Positions 26,301-40,700 of a stretch of 64,000 nucleotides of DNA are shown in pieces. Source of the stretch: Tubiluchus corallicola. Its lineage: Eukaryota > Animalia > Priapulida. The stretch is taken from assembly GCA_030141605.1 (NCBI GenBank), contig JAQGDQ010000233.1, positions 248,001-312,000 on the forward strand. Direction: 5' to 3'. Below the pieces are notes generated by a model, which saw only the letters and a program-made list of their open reading frames with translations, made no database searches and had not been told where the DNA came from. Both the position numbers and the translations under genes were made by a program. Numbering within the stretch: the first letter of the stretch is position 1; the number at the start of each line of letters is the position of its first letter.

Positions 26301-29129
26301 GCTGCAGTTTGTAAGACCACTAAAATGGCCTCAAAAACACTAAGCTACAGCAATGCTAAAAAGTAGCAGGAAACGTAGGAATGCAGTATTTCTCGAATTA
26401 TTAATGTTGCAAATATATATACTTATTTAACTAGCAATTACATATTTAGTTAGTTATGTAAGTATATATGTATACAGTCTAGCCTCGTTATCTCCCCACT
26501 GTCCATGTAGGGCAAATTTTTGGCGAGAGGCGAGTATGGCGAGATAACGGGAATATAACGAAGTTAGTCTATATGTGTATACATAATAGTTGATTAACAT
26601 AGTGTTCCTCTATGTACATATAAAATATATTTCGCATTATGATACCAATCAACATTAAATCAGAAATGAAAAAATGTCATAAAAATAATCTTAGAATGTT
26701 ACTTTTTTATTTAAAAAACCTTTTTCGAGTATACACTACTTAAATGCAATAAACTTAGCAAAAGATTTAGAAATGTTCACAAATGAGTTACTGACGAATG
26801 AAATAATTCAGAAGAGACGACTGTTTCATTGATGATACACGCAAGCAGTCAACACGACGTTTAATCAAACACAATCCTTGAATATCGTCGTGTGTGACTC
26901 ATGTAAAGTTGCTCACACTTTGTGGAAACTCAAACTTAAACGCAGCTTTGGTGTTATACAGTAAGGATATCGGTGACGCTTTAGTTTCTCTGCGCATTAA
27001 CCAACCACAGCACTCCTAATCTAATCCTAGTGAGACACACACTAGATTAATTATGCCTGTCTATCGAGTACAGCAGCATTGTCTACATACCGCGGTTATA
27101 TTGATCGACATGCGGTATATGTATTGATCGATTCATCTCTGAGTTTGTCTGTTTGGCGACATAACGAATATAGTTTACATAAGCACTCATCCTAGCATGA
27201 CGTGGCGAGGGCGAGAAGCGAGGGTGGTGACTTAACGAGGTAAATATCAAAGCAGGAAATCCGTCCTGGTACTTTCTATGGCGAGAGACGAGTTTGGCGG
27301 CATAACGAGGGGCGAGATAACGAGGCTAGACTGTATATATATATTTATCATCTTAATCTTAAGGTTATTAGTTAATTATGAGAAGAAACCAGATTATTAA
27401 ATCCTTGAAACCAAACTTGACTGAAAGGAAGAAATTATAAAGTCATAAGCCTGGACTGAACCAGGGACATTTAAAATGTGTGCAATGTTATGATAATTAG
27501 ATGGCAAGCCAACTCATCTATAAATCATCCATTAAGCATTTTCAAGTGTGGAGTACACAGGACTACGGTTACTAATTAATTAAAACAAATTTTTGTAATT
27601 AATTTAGAGCACGAAGCAGTAATCATTAATTACTGTCGTGTGACAACAGAAACAGTCTTATTCATTACATGGATCCCTACTTTGTGAATTTAAGACTTCT
27701 GTAAAAAGTTTTTTAATTTATTCCGATGCACTGATTATAAAAATAAGCCTTTGTGATGACACGACACCAAAACTCAGCCTTTGATACGTCACATATTGCA
27801 TCAAAGATGGAGGTAAAATTACCACAAAATAGCAAAAAACAGTGACAAGCTTTGAACAAAAATAAATTTTAATAATATTATTTCATTAAGAAGCTAGTCT
27901 AAGTAATACGAAAAAACTAGTAAAGCACACACCTGCAGTGCACAATAATGGGCCCTGCATCAAGAATGGAATCTTGCTTTTTGTTGACATCATGTAAGAA
28001 ACCAAGCACCCCTCCTGCATCAGAGGGCACTCCGTGATCAGGCCATGCATTGAACTGATACTGAAAGATGCTCCTTGGTTCATCCTGCAGCATTTTCAAT
28101 ACAGGGTGTTTCATAAGTTACTCTTTAATATGGTTCTCAATTTTCTGTGCTACTAACAACTAAGAACACTCATCTTACAGTAAACTCTTGCAAAGTAATT
28201 GAGAATTTTTTTGAGCCTACATTTGAAGTTTTTTTGCTGCTTTCTTCAGCTATTAAGCTGATATAAAGTAGAACGTGCAAAATAAATGTAAAGAGGTGTA
28301 AAACTGTATGGGTTATTTGCTTGCAAGATCATACATCATGCATCACCTTTCTGTGGGGCTACATTTCGAGCAAAGTGTATGCCATCGAGCTATGAGACCT
28401 CCCCAAACTAGAGTAACAGATGAGAAACACATGTGTTTCTATGTATGTTATAGGACAAAAACCAACTAAGACGATATAAAAGTCATAAAAGCTTATTAGT
28501 CACAGGAAAATGTCTTACTGAAACATGTGAAGGAAAAATATTGAGTCAATTATGCAGAGTTATTTGAATCAATTACAAATAGTTTTTATGAACATTTGAA
28601 TAAAAGCGGCCTGTACCAGGCGTCTTTGAGTCAATTAAGCAATTGAGTCTATTAATCGTGAGTGTATTAAGCTGCGCCTACTATATGTATAAAAAGATGG
28701 TTTGGCTTCTTTCAAAAAAAGAAAGTGGTCATTTTCAGGTGTACTAATGATTTTCTAGCAAACTTATGAAGCCAAGTTGATGTCACCAAAATGCTCATGA
28801 AGAGTAGACTCAGCAAACAAATAGCCATGTGGTGTAGTTAGTGTAGTTTTTGATGCTGATTTGTGATATGCAATCAATTTTTTGTCATCACGTACAATTT
28901 TGAAGATGAGATAATTTATTGGTTGTAGCTAATCCATTATATCAAAATTCTGATTAATTATGTGTACGGATATCTTTCGTTTATAATATGGAAATAAACC
29001 TTTAAAATAAACTATATTATTCATTGCAGCACAGTTCAGATGAAATACTTAATCATCTTGAACTGACCAATCAGGTTGTATTTGACGAAATAGCTATTTC
29101 GTCATCTCAAATTGTCCAATCAGAATTTG

Positions 29130-29166
<37 letters not shown>

Positions 29167-32100
29167 CCATATGTATCTATTTCCTATGGTATTGAAACGT
29201 CAGAAGATGATCATGACTGTCACAATAGCGCTGCCAAAGAAGATTATGTACCTGATGACAAAGCTTTGAACCTCATAAATTTTCCCAAGCGGAACTGAAT
29301 GACCTTGTCAGAAATCTATTCCTCTCAAAGGATAAAGCTGAGCTGTTGGCATCAAAACTGAAGGAGAAGAATCTGCTAGAGGTGCTCGTATAACTTACTT
29401 TAGGCAGAGAAATGTGGTTCTGCAAATGTGTTTTTCTGTTGGTGGCCAGCTTTGCTTTTGCAGTAACACTGATGGACTTTTCTAGTGTTTATCACTAAAT
29501 CATGATCCTGCAGAGTGTAGTTTGTTTATCGACTCTTCAAAAACGAAGTCTAAAAGCTGTACTTCTCCATAATCTCAATTTGAAGCCTTCCATTCCTATT
29601 GCACACCCTGTTCATCTTCACGAATCATATGAGAATATGGAACTTTTGCTTCATGCCATTGCCTATGAAAGATACTCATGGAAAATATGTGGAGATTTAA
29701 AAGTCATTGGAATGTTAATGGGATTACAAAATACTGTTGTTTCTTGTGCCTCTGGGATAGTCGGGTAACTGATAGACATTATGTGGAATCAAACTGGCCA
29801 CTAAGAATATCATAGCAGCCAGGACTATGTAGCATCATGAATATTCCACTTATAGATCCAGGTAATGTCCTATTACCTCCCTTGCACATAAAGCTTGGAC
29901 TGATGAAACAGTTTATAAAGACACTGGGAAAGAGAATTTCTTGGGCAACAAGAAGGCAATGGACTACAAAAATGGCATCAAGAATCTTTTGAAATGTTAC
30001 TCGACAATGAGGTGTCGCATGTCACGGCAAGTTCACTTCCTAGACTCCCACATCTGGATTTTTTTGCAGAGAACCTTTGGAGTAGTATCAGATGACCATG
30101 GTGAAAGATTTCATCAGGACATCTATGAAGAAACAGCAGCAAGGCTTCTGGAATAACACTATGCTAGCCGACTACTGCTGGACACTATAACGCGATCATC
30201 CGGATCAGGAACATCGTCAATAAATCCAAATCACAATGTTTCTAACTCTGTTGCAAGTTCTAACTTTGTTCTTTTTGACCCAATTGTTTGTGTATTCACT
30301 CTTTGTAGAATAATAATGTTGTAGACCAGTATAATAAGTGGGAAATCGGCACATATAAAGATGTTTTAAATACAGGCTGCACCAAAAGGTAAGAAGAACC
30401 CAATGAGACCTTAACCCGTCATAATACCTACACTATAACTACTTAACTTATACAAGACTTATTTACAATCATTAGTAATGGTTTGCTTGCAGTAAAGTTA
30501 AAGTATTGTAAAATAGCAATGTTAGTACATCTTTAGTAAACTTTTTTTATACATTTCGGAATTTTGCAACCCAGAATCCAGCATTCAACAGCAGGTCTTA
30601 GTCAAACTGGATGTCGTAGCAAGCCTGAAACATGAAGTACATTCTTGCGAGGTAAACAGCCAGAAACCGCTCAGAACAAGAATGAAAGCGGTTCACCCAC
30701 CCAATAATTAATTAGTCTCTGCACCATCCTAGCCTTTGGTTTCCAAGCACAATGCCTTAAATGCAGAAACAGCCTTAAAAGTTAGTCGATAGATAAGTAC
30801 AGTCAATAACCAAAAAAAAAACGAATCATTCACCTCGCCTTCTTTTTGTAATATAAGTTCCCGCAGGACATAATCAGTCGTTTCCGATTCTGATTCTTTT
30901 GTCACTGTTATACTTCCATACTGTTTGGGTTTTGATATCTCATCTGGCCAATACCGGGCACATTTATTCTGCAATCAGACAAAATTTATTACACTATAAG
31001 AATTCTTTTAAAAATTATGGGTCAATCATAAATGCTGAGTAGCTACTAAACATATCAAAGAAAATGTCGGTTGAAAAAACAAGCAACGTGAAATTTGAAT
31101 ATCGATATAGGAACAAATACTAGAATTTTTAATAAATTTGGCAAAAATTTTCTGTCAGTGTACAATAACTGATACAAAATACCTTTCCTCTCTCCACCTC
31201 CTTCGTTGTCATTACAATCACTCGGGAATTTTCCTGCCAAACCATGTGCCAGAAATCATCAATTGTAGAAGGTAAGCAGCCCTGTGTAGCAATGTAGTGC
31301 TTTCTACTCTCAACTACAGAATGTTTTTTAGTATCTGCAGTATCTTCTTCAGGCTAAAAAAGGTTATAGCAAGTTAACGTGGACTGGGATAAGTAATCAA
31401 AGACTAACTTTAACACATATTATATACAATATTTAATTATTTTGCTAAGAATAAAACTATAACATTGAAATTAATTTGTTACAATAATTATCACCGAAAT
31501 AGTAACAATATGATCATCATACACATTGCAAAAACACATTGCAGACATAAATAAAGACACTATATGCGTGTGCATGGCAAAATATTTGATAAACGGTTGT
31601 CATTTTACGGAGAGTTCATTGCTTTAACAGTACCAATATTATGGTTTTGCTAATAATTTTTATACATCTTTAATGTTCCTGAGCAGGAACTGTCCTTCGA
31701 AAATTAAAATAGAGATTGTAAATAAAAATAGATGACACAAAGAAACTGGATTTTAAAGTGCAACAAGTATACTAGAAAAGGAAAACGCAAATAGAAAAGA
31801 AAAAAGGAAAAGAAGATAAAACAATTTTGTCTAAAATCTACATTACATTGGCTGCTTAGTAGCTTATTTTATAATAAAATGAGGTAACACAATCAGAGAG
31901 TTTTTATAGCTTCTTAAACCATCTCCATTGGATTTTATCTAAGAGACACAGTTCAATACTGCACATGTCTAATAAAAAGAATTTATTTTTTTAATAACGA
32001 AACTATGATAACTAAATGATTGTAAATCAAAAAGTAGAGAGTGTCTATATCTCGGCAATAAATACAAAGGTAAGTGAGCATAAAAAGTCAATCAAATTAA

Positions 32101-35100
32101 GTCAATCATTTATCATAGAAAAAAGATTGACATCAAATTTTTTGTACCAAGTGCCAAAAAACTATTACTTGGAAGGGTATAAGTTAGCTTCCAGTCAACA
32201 GTTAGATGATTATTAATGAAAAAAATTGCAACACTTTATCAATTTTGACAAATTCGCCCGACTGTTAAGATCTATCAGCAAGAAAGACAAAATGTCCATC
32301 AGACAAAACAAAGCTAATCGTAACTGTCTTAAGATCAAAGATCGATAACTAACTATTTATCGAAGTTTATGCGTGAATAACGTTTTAACTATTTACTTGA
32401 TTTTAACAAAATTGACAGTAGTAGAAAGGAAGAAGATGCTCAAAATGATGTCAGACACGAAGTAGGCAATCACTCAGTTACATACAATTTGTCAAAAGCA
32501 CCAAAATATTATCAAATTTTGTGCTCTAAACAATTTTAAAACTGAAGGCCCAATGAAATCTGCACAATGTAAACAAGAAACAGCAACTTGTTCATTAAAG
32601 TGATGCAAGTTACAAATGCAACTTCTGGCCAATTTTGCTGTGTGTACATAAATTCTTTTGTTGATTTTTTTTATTACTCATTCATGATTAAATGATTGTT
32701 GAAGTCATTGCATAAATTTCTTACCGTGATTATGTTGGCATTAATGTAATCTGAACCAACTTGATTTGGATCACGATCTCTTAATACTACTCTTGTATGA
32801 TCGACTGTAAAATACAAGAAAAACTCAAGTAATCTCAAACAACTAATTTTGCAAATTTTATATCTTACTAAAACTCTGAAGTTTCGCTCAAAATCAGCTT
32901 AGTTTTTTTGCTTTGTTGTTGTGTTAACTTATATCAAGACATACAACAAAATCAAGAACAAAAACAGGTAGGTACGCAGGCAATAAAACACTATGATTAA
33001 GAGATTAAGAGCTTCTTTACACAAAGAAAAATGTCTTTACATAAAGAAGAAACAATTGTAATCTAATATCTACAATAAATACTTACAGGGTAAAATGTTC
33101 TTGTATCTATTCTTTAGCTTGTTTTCTGGTCGCTGTCCTTCTTTTCTACTAAATAGATGTTTTCCTTCATGTTGCTGTAAAGCTTGCTAAAATAAAAGGA
33201 GAAACGAAATGCTATGAGCTAATAGTTGTGAATCCATCGTATATAGACCAACTTTGGATAAGAGCTTAGCGGGATTTAAATTTTATTGGATTTAAATTCA
33301 AAACTTGGAAGGTGTACTACTGAGATTAAAATTCTATGATTGCAAGTTATTGTATTGTCTAGTGGTTGCGGCATTGGACTTTTAATCCAACGATTACAGT
33401 TTAAATCCAATATCAATATTGACTGAAATATCAATATTTCTCACTCTTTTTGATAAAGTTTCATTTCACAATAAGTGTAGCAAAAAGCTAGTCTTTCGTA
33501 AATATGATAATCAAGGATAAATAAAAAAATCTAATTAGGATTAAGTAACTTGCAAAGACTAAAGTAAACAGTACTGCATTAAAAGTTGGATACTATCTAG
33601 TAGATGGATTACCTCATATTCTTCCCAGAAACCTTCTTTGCGAAGCCCATGCCCATTCTCTTTCATAAGTTCTTTTACACGAGCATCAATTTCAGAGGCA
33701 ATAATACGTGTAGCATTGAACGGCTACAATGTAAAACACTGGTTGAAATACAAACAAGAGACACACTTTAAGTTTCCATACCTGTAAAACCTTATAAAAT
33801 GTAACAAATGTTGATATAAAATGCAATTTGCCAAGGTTAGAAATTTATGCAGCTTACTGATTCCACATAGATCAGTTACAAAAGTGCAAAATTAATCAAA
33901 TGACATCAAATCAAATGTAATCAGTTAACTATTGCGGCCGCTAGATTGCCACTGCAGAAATGGTAAAAACTCAAGTTATTCAACACTGAGTTTGCTTGCT
34001 CTCAAGAATTCTTTGAACAGAGAAAACATTCTCAAAGGAAGGATAAAATTTCTCAAGCCTGTCCTGTCCTGCAAACATGTTACAAAAACTGTATTTTAGG
34101 ATGATGCTGACAGCCTTTTGCATTCGTGCTCCACGTTGGTGCAATAGTTTTATAGTGACCAAGCGGTAAATCATTTAAATGATTCTTAAAATGCTCCTTT
34201 TTAGTTTGTAGTTCTATGGAAATAATTCTTCATTCATTCATTCACTCATCATCATTTATTTCAACAGTCAGTACAACACAATATATTTCATTACAATACC
34301 ACTTATATTAATGTCAAAAAGTACAGTCGAGGAGACAGCCACTAAAGCATAGGCTGTTACCATGGCAGCAACCTTTACAAAATTAAAACCAAAATGAAGT
34401 GAAGTCATTGAAAAGAATGACAATAATATTACTGTTCCATTTTAATGTCACTTTGTGTATTTAAACTTAATGAAAACTATCAAATTGTTGTTTTTAATTT
34501 GCAGTAGGAAAACAATTTATGTCATTTTTACTACACACATAGCAATCCCTAATTGTACAAGACATGTGTCAAAATAATAAATTTCCATTTGTTGAATCGA
34601 ATGCAAACTATATTCATCAGTATGAATTAATTTACCCTGAATATTAGGTGAAAGTTCATTTAGATGTTTAGGTATATCATTTAGGTAGGAAGACCTTTGT
34701 CACTCTTGGAAGCCTATCTGTCTGAATTTAAAGCCACATTTATTCAAGTCGTCCAGAAAACTGCCAAGTTCATCCATAGAAGAATAAATTGATTATTGTC
34801 AAGCTTTTCATTGACTAGAACTTTGGGTAGTGATTCTGCATTGTAATAAAGAAATTACGCTAACACATTATCAATTTTAATCTCCTCTTCAACCTACAGA
34901 TAACTGTAATAAGTTTAGAAGAGAGTTGTAAAGGTAAATAATGAGGAACAGGTATAAAAAAGTTGAATTCACATACTGTTTTCAAATGCACAACAGTTCC
35001 GGAAGTTTCGACCATTGGATTCTTTCTATAATGGTCTACAAGTTCTGTTAAGGTGTCAAACTGCTTTCCGCCTCCTACATCGTACCTCCCATCCTAAAAT

Positions 35101-37682
35101 ATTACAAAACAACATTTCATCAAGTTACGATGTAAAATATCAACATTAGAAATTTGAGAACAAAGAAAGGTAATTCTTACATAAAGCCAAGGAAATTCAT
35201 CTAGATATTTTATATCACCTGTGTGCTGAATGCATGCAGATCTTGTAGTAGCAGTAATGCTGTATAAAACTTGTAAATTTAAAGCACAAGAAAACCCTTA
35301 ATTTACATAATGCTTAAAAAATTGTCTAGAAATTTGACACCACTTACATGTTGCCTTTTGCAAACAGGGCTTGCATTAAAACTTGAAAATTTAAACTCCC
35401 GTGACGATCGCTAGGCACATTCATTTTAACAGTAAGTCATTTGAAACAAGTCTTGATAACATTGCATAAAGTTTAAAAAAATAAACAGAGCACACTTCAC
35501 TAACTAAGCAAAAGCATACATGGTTGTATCTTGTCAATAACATTAAAAATAGGTTTTTTGATGAGTGAATAGTGCACACCTGGAAGGAGAGTCAGCAACA
35601 TTTTATCAATTGGCACGAACATTTTAAATTATTTAGAATTTTCTTTTCCAGTTACACAAGTCTTTCAAACAGGCAAGTGTAATGCTAAGTAGTATAACTT
35701 TGCAAGGAAAGTTTTTTGGGATATAGTTCAAACATGCCCTTTCTTCCCCTTTAAATTCTCACATTGACCGCTAGGCACAGCCTTATTAGCAACTGAGTAA
35801 AAAGCCATTTTTAAAGCAAGTTTAGATAACATTGGGTAAACTTCAAAAAAATAATCAGAGCATTTGTAGCACACACTTCACTAACTAAGTAAAAGGAAAA
35901 ATTACTTTATCTTGTCAGTAATACTAATAATATATTTTTTGCTGAGCCAATGATGTTTTTTTAGTATACGCTGGAATAGTGAACCATGACGTTTTACCAG
36001 CTGGCAAGAACATTTTAATATATGTGAATTTTCTTTTCTTGTTATAAATATGTAACTCTTAGTATAAAACTGTTCATTAAATAAGAATGTAAAACTTAAC
36101 AATCTATTTAACAATCTCCTCGTATCATTGTTAAAGAGTTTCTATCAAGTAAACATAATGCTAAATAATACCTATAACGCTGTACAGAAAATTCTTTGGA
36201 ACACACTCTAAAATTCCCTGGTCTTCCCCTTAAAACTACTTGCCATATATTGTATGTGTGTGTGTGTGTGTGTGCGTGCGTGTGTGCGTGTGTGTATATA
36301 TATATATATATTCTTGCCAAATATTCTTACCATACAACATCTCATTAAATAAAGAATTTAAATTTAAGAGCTGCAATTAACAATCACCTTGCACCATTGT
36401 GAAAGAAACTTTTGTTAAAAGTATGTATTTCTACATTAATATCCCTATGATCTTTAATACTGTGTAATGCATTAAATAAACTTCTACACATAACATGAAA
36501 AAAACTTCAGCTTGAAAAATTGCAATCCAGCTAAATCACAGTGAAAGTCCTAATGCACCTATCTATCAAAATTTATCGGACACATAATAGTAATTACTGT
36601 AAACTACAGTAAGTTACACAAAAAGATTTAAAAATCTTATTTTGCTCATAAAAGCTATGTGGAAAGGTGGTGAATAATTACCTGACATCGAATTATGACC
36701 TGCATAATTTTATCTTCCACACGAACAGAAAGAACGTAATCGCCCGGTTTACTTTGGCTCTGCCGTACTAAGAAGCTACCATGACGACCCCGTTCAGTCA
36801 TCAGACCTTCAGCTTCTTTGCCAGATATTGATCCATGAAACCAACTAGTAATGCAAATTATATCATCAAACACAAATTCATAAATAAAATTGATAAATCT
36901 TGGTAAAAATAAAGTTACTCAACTGCTAACATTAATAGTTCTGTTAAACGGTAATAACTGCATGGACATAATGAAGCTAAACATTAAATAGTAAACTGGC
37001 AATGATTAAAAGAAATACACAAAAGTATGAACAGGAATTTTGAAAACGAAACAAACCGTTCAGTTGTAGTTTCAGCACAATTCAAGGGATACTTGAGCTC
37101 AATACTTTCTCCATTTTTCTCTCTAAGCTGACCAAGACTTTCAGTGTAGTGTTGCACCAACTCTGCTAGTGTTGCAAACTTTTCACCTCCGTACAGGTCA
37201 TAAAAATCACCAGTGTTTTGAATTTTGATATGAGTAACTTCGTCTTTCCGTCTATATTATAAAACATTAAATTCACTTAATAACAGACTAAGCAACTTGA
37301 GAGAAATATATTTCAAAGAGATAAATGACCTTGACCCCCATAACATGATCACTTCATTATCACTTACAAAAGCATCCTCACTTGAAAAACAAATATTGCC
37401 GAAAAATATTAGAAAAAAGCTCAAGCTGATAAGCATTGATCTTTATAAAAAATTGTGCCAATTTCACATTTACATTCAAAGTTTCGAACAGTAGGTTGAA
37501 GATAAAGCTGAGAACTGTAATAAATCATAGGAATGCACTGGACTCACATTCATTATATTAGAGCCAGATTCAGATTTTCGTTGACGGACCTGGATATATA
37601 CATATATTCTATATATACATTATACATATAAGGAATATATAAACACACACACACACACATATACATATATATATACATATAC

Positions 37683-37775
<93 letters not shown>

Positions 37776-40700
37776 CAAGATTCCCTAGCCATAGTTTATC
37801 TCACATTTTAACCACTGGTGTAAACTCCTTTCATATGGACTTGCAGGTTTTACAATAGCATGATTATAAATAAAGATAAGAACCTGAATATACATGTAGA
37901 GTAAGTATATGTTGTTATACTACGTCTTCAAGAACAAACATAAAGTTTGTAAAGCAGTTATTACTGTATAAGGACTATGGACAAAAATAAAATATCATCG
38001 GGAGTTTTCAAACGCATCCAGGAAGATAATTCTTATTAAAATGTGAAATGTGATTTTTCTGAATAAAAATTGCCAAAAAGCGGCTTGTAAAACTTGACTT
38101 TAAAACTTCCAGAAAGATAATGAATATATAACATGTACAGACAAACCAAATGTGCAAAAAAACCACAATATTTAGTGTAAGAAAAATTAATGTTTGTACC
38201 ACTCTATCCACCATAACAGAAAATCTGTATTTTTAACTGTTTTTGTTTGTTCAAAAATAGGTAAATATCGGGCTTTTGTTGCCGGACAAGGACCGAATAT
38301 GGACACCGACTTTTACTGGAATTCAGACTTAAAGTCTGGAGCAGTTCATCCCTAAAATGATTAAGAAAAACAAGAGCATCTACGTAAATTATAGTGCAAA
38401 CCAACCAGAATATTTAAAACAGATATGTAATTTTCATCTGCTAGAATTATTTTGAGTGAGAACACACATTCTGAGAATTAAAAAATAAATCATTGTAATA
38501 CAAGCACAAATTTTGTAAAACTTTTTAATTCTGAAAACCATAACAACAATCAATTAGTATTACTAAATACTAACTGTCATTCAACTGTATGATAAATATT
38601 TTTCCTGGGTTACTGCTTGAGTTTTTCTAAATAAGGCAATTATGTACTACACTTTGTCTAAAGTGGCATACATGAGAATGCATATGTATAAAGATTAGAT
38701 GTTCAAAGTACACTGGGGCATAAGCAAATAAAAATGGCCCTCAGTGTACTTTTTGCAAACTGTACAACAAATTTTACAAGTCATCATCTTCCTGGATCTG
38801 CAACATTCACTGACACAGTCAACAAAAACCTCGAGATATATTACTAAGTAAACTCTGTACTTTGTAATTCCTCATAATATTAGAATTTGTAATCTGTCAG
38901 CAAATGAACTTGTTTATCTGCTTCTTCATAGCGATTAACACTTAAATATAACTGTTAATATTCAAGTAATTACGCTTGTACAGAAATTTACATTTCCAAC
39001 TAAGTGCTTCTAACCATTATATTAATTTACATTGTTTGCATTGTAATATAATGTCATCTCAACATTATGTTATGTATGTATCTATATTGCTAGTACTCAT
39101 ACTGTAATGCTCCTATTTCTTGTTTATTGTCTGCACTCTCCTAAGTGTTACTATTAGTTGTAAACTTGGCTGTTCAAGCCATATTGTAATCTTTGTTAAT
39201 CAATAAAACTACATTTAAACTAAACTAAAACCTCAATACATGTATAATAATCCTCATGCACCAACTGCTATGGAGACAAAAACAGGGTATGCAGCTCCTG
39301 CAACACCTGGCTAATTCTTGTGGATCAAAGGGAAAAAAGGCAATGAAAATGTTTCTGCAGCCAAGACTTGATCATGAGACCCCTGCTTTCCACACAAGTA
39401 GTTCATTAACAGATCTATCAAGAGTTTGTTCAAAAGAAATCACAATTCTAATCGTGTAATAACAAACGCAAATTTCTTCAGGCAAAGTATGTATATCTAT
39501 AGATAGACATGTAATGTATTATACATAATTATGTAGAGTAATTATAATAAATTATTTACGTTAATTAATTAAGATTAATGTACATGGTTATAAGGTATAA
39601 TGACACGAAGCTTTAATGCTGTTAAGGAAACAGCTCTTGTGATTGGCAAGAACAGAAAATTGACAAGTCATTTGATTTACGATTCTACGATTTAAGCCCG
39701 TAGTCTCAAGCTTATGAAGCAGATGTTGCACCAACCAATCCACCATGCAACTTGGTTTATGAAATACTTCTTTCTTTATAAATGTTTTATTCTATCAGAG
39801 ATGTTGAATATTGAAGAACATCATGAGGTGTAGGGCACTGAGTAGGGCTAAATTCGCAGAAAACCAGTACAGTATATGGGCATCCCAAGTAGGGCAGTGG
39901 TGATTTCTTCCATTCTTTTAACTTTACATCAAGAATTTTATCTGTTTACCGCACTTAGGAGAAAACAATTATTTGACAAAGAGATAGTGAAATGGATCAC
40001 CTGTCTGTGAAGACAGACAAAATAAAAAATGATATACCTTAACCAAATGTTGGGATTGCCAAAAAAGGAGTCTTATTTCAGCTCAAAAAGATTAATCTTG
40101 AAGCCAAATTTAATATTGCTTGTTTGACTAGCTCAGAATAAGGTTATCTTATCTTGTCAGATGTATAATTCATATTTAATAAGTTATTCAAAGTATATTG
40201 ACATTTTCAATCATTATTATTAAATAAACAAGGACAACGGACGCTGCCACTAAGGTTAACTGAACTCAATTTGTGACCTATCTCTAGTGCCCTACTTGGA
40301 CAGCCCATGTACGCGTGTGCTACGTGGGTTAGCCATGTACACCGCGGGCTACTCAGGCTAGCTCATGTACGGCACTATGCGCTACTTCAGCTAGTGCCCT
40401 ACTCTGCTCTCGACACAAGGTATGTGACATCATTCGACAAAGTTTCACTTACAGCACATTTTCCTCTAACATCAGTTTCTTAAATAAAATAAATTCATTT
40501 ATATATTAGTGACTTAATAAGTAACTGGCTAGAGAATTTGACATAAAAACAAAAGTGAAGTGAAGTGAAATCACAAACCTGACAGAAAGCGTGAAGTCAC
40601 CAGGAGTGGTTTTCGATGGACGTGCCAAAAAACTGCCATCACAGCCCTTCTCTAAAAGCAACTTTTCTGCATCAATTCCAGAAATGTGAGGATGAAACCA

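Noticed and set aside
33355-33412. tRNA-like sequence in PTPN11 intron 6
   Set aside because: Degenerate A/B boxes without an acceptor stem; more likely a decayed SINE head
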